From Callorhinchus milii (Eukaryota): a stretch of DNA of 64,000 nucleotides. The notes beneath the pieces are model-generated. The model was not told the origin of the DNA and did no database searches. It saw only the letters and a program-made list of their open reading frames with translations. Of the stretch, positions 60,626 through 64,000 are shown one piece after another; the first letter of the stretch is position 1, and every line of letters begins with the position of its first letter. The position numbers were made by a program, and so were the translations under genes. The DNA lies in assembly GCF_018977255.1 (NCBI RefSeq), contig NW_024704742.1, positions 128,466,001 to 128,530,000 of the forward strand. The letters run 5' to 3'.

Positions 60626-62094
60626 ATTAAGTGGAAATTAGGTGAATATCTAAAAAGGAGAAAGATAAAGAAAGGTGTGTGGGGAAAAGGTAATTTTTTT
60701 TAAAAAAGGACTAAACAGATAGCTTTTTCAGAGAGACAATACAGACACAATAGGCCAGATGCCCTCCTTGTGTGCTGTAAATGTATTTGTTCCTATAAAG
60801 GCCTTCACCTGCTGCATTAATTGATTTAATAAAAGCTCAGTTAAAGCATCTTCTGTGCCAAGCCTTCTATCATTCATTTCTGCAACAGTGATACAATCAC
60901 TAGTCTTGCCCTCAGAAAGAATGCTTTCTCCCAGATTAAGATAGCTGTCCACACATACATAAAGTGAGTGACACCAATAACCTTGTTTTGCCTTGTGTCC
61001 CGTTACCTATCTCTAGGCCCCAGCCTGAAGCGCAATGATTCTTTCCAGAACCAATTATGAGGTGCATTTCTATGAACCCAGGTGTCAGCCGGCTCAGTTG
61101 GTCATTGACTTAATGGCTGTTTATGGAACATTGCTGTGTGCAAGTTGTCTGCCTGGTTCACCTGCAAATATATACAGTTACTACACTTCACAGTAAAATC
61201 CTGATGTCTCAACAACATAATAATGTAAGGATTATTATTGTTAGTACCTTGTTGTTCCCAGTGTGATCCTGGTATGTCTGCATTCACTGTATGAATGGCC
61301 TCTACTCCTGTGTTTCTGTAGCAGCAATAGTGGTTGTCAAATATTTTACACATTGGACCCAGGGTGCAGCATCATGACTGGATAGTGACAAGGTTTGTGA
61401 GGTTTGTACCAGCATTATCACTTTATCTGAGGACAGCTTGATCAACTTAAGTTATTTTTGCAAACCTATCTCGTATTGATTTCTCGCTAATGTTTCCTAA
61501 CTCATCTTTGATGTTAGGTCACAATCTTTCCCTGAGATTTACCAGTCCAGATCGAAGAGCCACTTCAGGAATTGACACCATGTCTAACATAATCACAGTG
61601 AGAGCATCCTGAAGTGTTACCTTATGCTTCTGTATATTCCTTAGTCACTGTTAGTTATAGACTAGATATCAATATCACATCAGCTGTCTTGGTGTGTAAA
61701 GATGAATTGCGATGCTCATCATTAATTCTGCACAACATGTAAACTGGAGGACAGGAATCGCATTTTATATGTGGGTTTCTCAATAAGATTGATTTTATTG
61801 TACTGACTTATCTTCCACCCTGCTGGTATTTCAACTTGGCTCAATTGGTAACGTTAGCCCAGACGTTTGAGAGGGGAGGGTTCAAGTCTCATGTCAGAAC
61901 TTGAGCTCAAAGTCTAGGCTAACAGTCCAGTGCACAACTGAGGGAAAACTGCAGAGAGATGAAATGTTAAACCAAGGTCTTGTCTGCATGCTCTACATAT
62001 GGACATTAAAAATCCCTTGCCACTAATTGAAAAAAGAAGGGTGTTTCTCCCGGCGTGTCGGCTGACATTTTTCTAGATTAATTGATCCATAGAA

Positions 62095-62485
62095 CCTTAG
62101 GAATTTACAGCACAGAAGAAGGTCATTCGGCCCACTGTGTCTGTGCCAGCTCCCTCAAGAGCAATACTTCCAGTTCTTGCAGTCCCATCCACCTGCCCTT
62201 TCCCCATGCTCCTGTAGCTGGCTCTTTTTAAGAGATTTGTACAGTTCCCTTTTAAAGGTCAATATGGATTTTGTCTCAACCACTGCTCCTGGCAGGGCAT
62301 TCCATATCCTGATTAGTCTGTGGGAAAACATTTTTCCTAAACTTCCCATTTGCATATTTGTTATCTTAAATTGATGCCATATAGTTACTAACACACCAAA
62401 AGTTGGGAATAATTTATACCGATTTATACCTGACTTTATCAAAACCCTCATACTTTTAAAGTCCTCTATCAGGTCATCCCACAAT
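62095..62485 (-). mobile_element. CR1 3' end inserted in a family B SINE (about 61830-62600, +)
   Basis: RIWNALPGAVVE remnant and aggaatttacagcacagaagaaggtcattcggccc. Confidence 0.8.
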
Positions 62486-62718
62486 CCAAAACATCACAAT
62501 TGTTTACAGGAGCACCTAAAATAGTCACTACACTTGACCATACTTACCTTAAAAGGCCTTTGAGATGTTTTAATGTGATGAAGAGCTATAAAAATGTATA
62601 TTCTCTCTATCTAATTGTTAAGTATGATCATGTGAGGTGGTTTAAAAGGACAATCTTACATAGTTAAGGCACTTCAAAGGCAGCACAGGCACACCCAGCA
62701 GTAACTTCCCCCCTTCTT

Positions 62719-63015
62719 ATAATAATCATTGCATTTGATATAGCGCCTTATCATGTCTTTGAGATGTCTCAAAGCGCTTCCCAGAATTTACTGTAAAGTG
62801 AATTGACTGAATATTTTGTGAGTGAAATGCGGCAGCCGACTGCACACAGCAGTGTCCCACAAACAGTTGTGGATTTATGCCAAATTATTATTATTATTTG
62901 TTTGTTTGAAGGGATTATTACCTTCAGAAAAGCGATCCGACAATCGACTAATAACTTACTGTTAAGTAAACAGAAGCATGTGAAGGTGCCTAATGTTTCA
63001 CCTTGCTGGGAATCA

Positions 63016-63048
<33 letters not shown>

Positions 63049-63060
63049 CCAGGTCCTCTT
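62719..63060 (-). mobile_element. Family A SINE with an (aat)n run inside its head (about 63016-63048)
   Basis: Tail and central block intact. The B box gggaatc...ccaggtcctc is split by the microsatellite. Confidence 0.85.
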
Positions 63061-63519
63061 GCTTCTTCCACATCAAACACCTGGGACACTTTATGTTTAA
63101 ACTGATATGATTTCTCTTTGGATCCAGTTCACCCAATCGCTGGTTATTCATGCCTGATGATAAACATAGTTTCCTCGTTTTCTGACTTTCTGCCCAGATT
63201 TATCTATCTGTTCTAATTGGATTCAGATCACTGTGCTGACTTGTCCTAGGCCTAATTCGTACTGTTAAAATTCAGAAGATGGAATTCAATACTAAATAAA
63301 GCAGCCTATTTAGTATGCCTGAAGTATGCCTCCTCTATTATGAAGGCATCTCCTGTCTCTGTGAAACAGGCCTTGCATAAATTTACAGCTAATGGAGAAA
63401 ATATTTTACATGGGATAAAATACAGGGATTTCAGTGGTAATAGGCTTGCCTGAAAATTCATCACCCAGTCATAGCCCATCAGATCACTTTGACTTAAAAT
63501 TTACAATTGCACACAACTT

Positions 63520-64000
63520 CAATTCCCAGCAAGGCAAAACGTTCGGCAAGTTTCCTTACTCCACATAACTGTTTATCTAGCAGTAAGTAGGAACCCGGTT
63601 GTTAGTCAATTGGCAGATTGCTTTTCCGGGGGTAATAATTCCTTAAAAAAATAATAAATTGATCATTCAATCCACCAATGTTTGTGGGACAATGCTGTAT
63701 GTAATTGGCTGCCGCGTTTCATAACATAACATAACATGTAGGAGCAGGAGTAGGCCATTTGGCCCTTCGAGCCTGCCCCGCCATTCAATCATGGCTGATC
63801 TTCTAATCTAACTACAGCTAATAACCTGACCCTGCCTTATCCCCATATCCCTTAATCCCTTTTGCAATAAGAAATCTATCTATCTCAGTCTTGAATATGT
63901 TCAAGGACTGAGCGTCAACAGCCTTTTGGGGTAGTGAGTTCCATACATTCATCACCCTTTGAGTGAAGAAGTTCTTCCTCAACTCAGTGCGAAAGGGCTG
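63520..64000. mobile_element. Family A SINE (+, about 63520-63720) interrupted by a CR1 3' end (-, 63720 to window end)
   Basis: (cataa)n then gtaggagcaggagtaggccatt..., same CR1 subfamily as 4390-4640. Confidence 0.88.

Noticed and set aside
505..63105. Many short similar ORFs ([30 protein letters not shown])
   Set aside because: Chance translations of the SINE 3' half in different frames, not a peptide family.

Overview
Vertebrate genomic DNA, AT-rich and repeat-dense. The repeat content (Deu-domain SINEs, young L2 and CR1 LINEs, Penelope-like remnants) suggests a cartilaginous fish, possibly a chimaera; this is inference. The only host gene is on the + strand: the last two coding exons of the Ras-family GTPase RIT2 (2239-2430 and 44321-44536), separated by a 41,890-bp intron and followed by 3' UTR and intergenic DNA. 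The rest is largely nested retroelements: a tRNA-Ala-headed SINE (family A), a Deu-domain SINE (family B), 5'-truncated L2 and CR1 copies, an unclassified oligo(A)-tailed retroposon (family C), mini Penelope-like inserts with degenerate hammerhead cores and 13-14 bp TSDs, and an 81-bp hAT MITE. Most notable: (1) a perfect 35-bp hairpin at 855-945 whose loop is an exact 22-nt reverse complement of 2556-2577, on the far side of the RIT2 exon; (2) the hammerhead-like mini-elements; (3) several fold-back or template-switch rearrangements, including a permuted CR1. I do not see a new protein-coding system. Repeat family names come from remembered consensus sequences, and repeat boundaries are approximate unless stated exactly.
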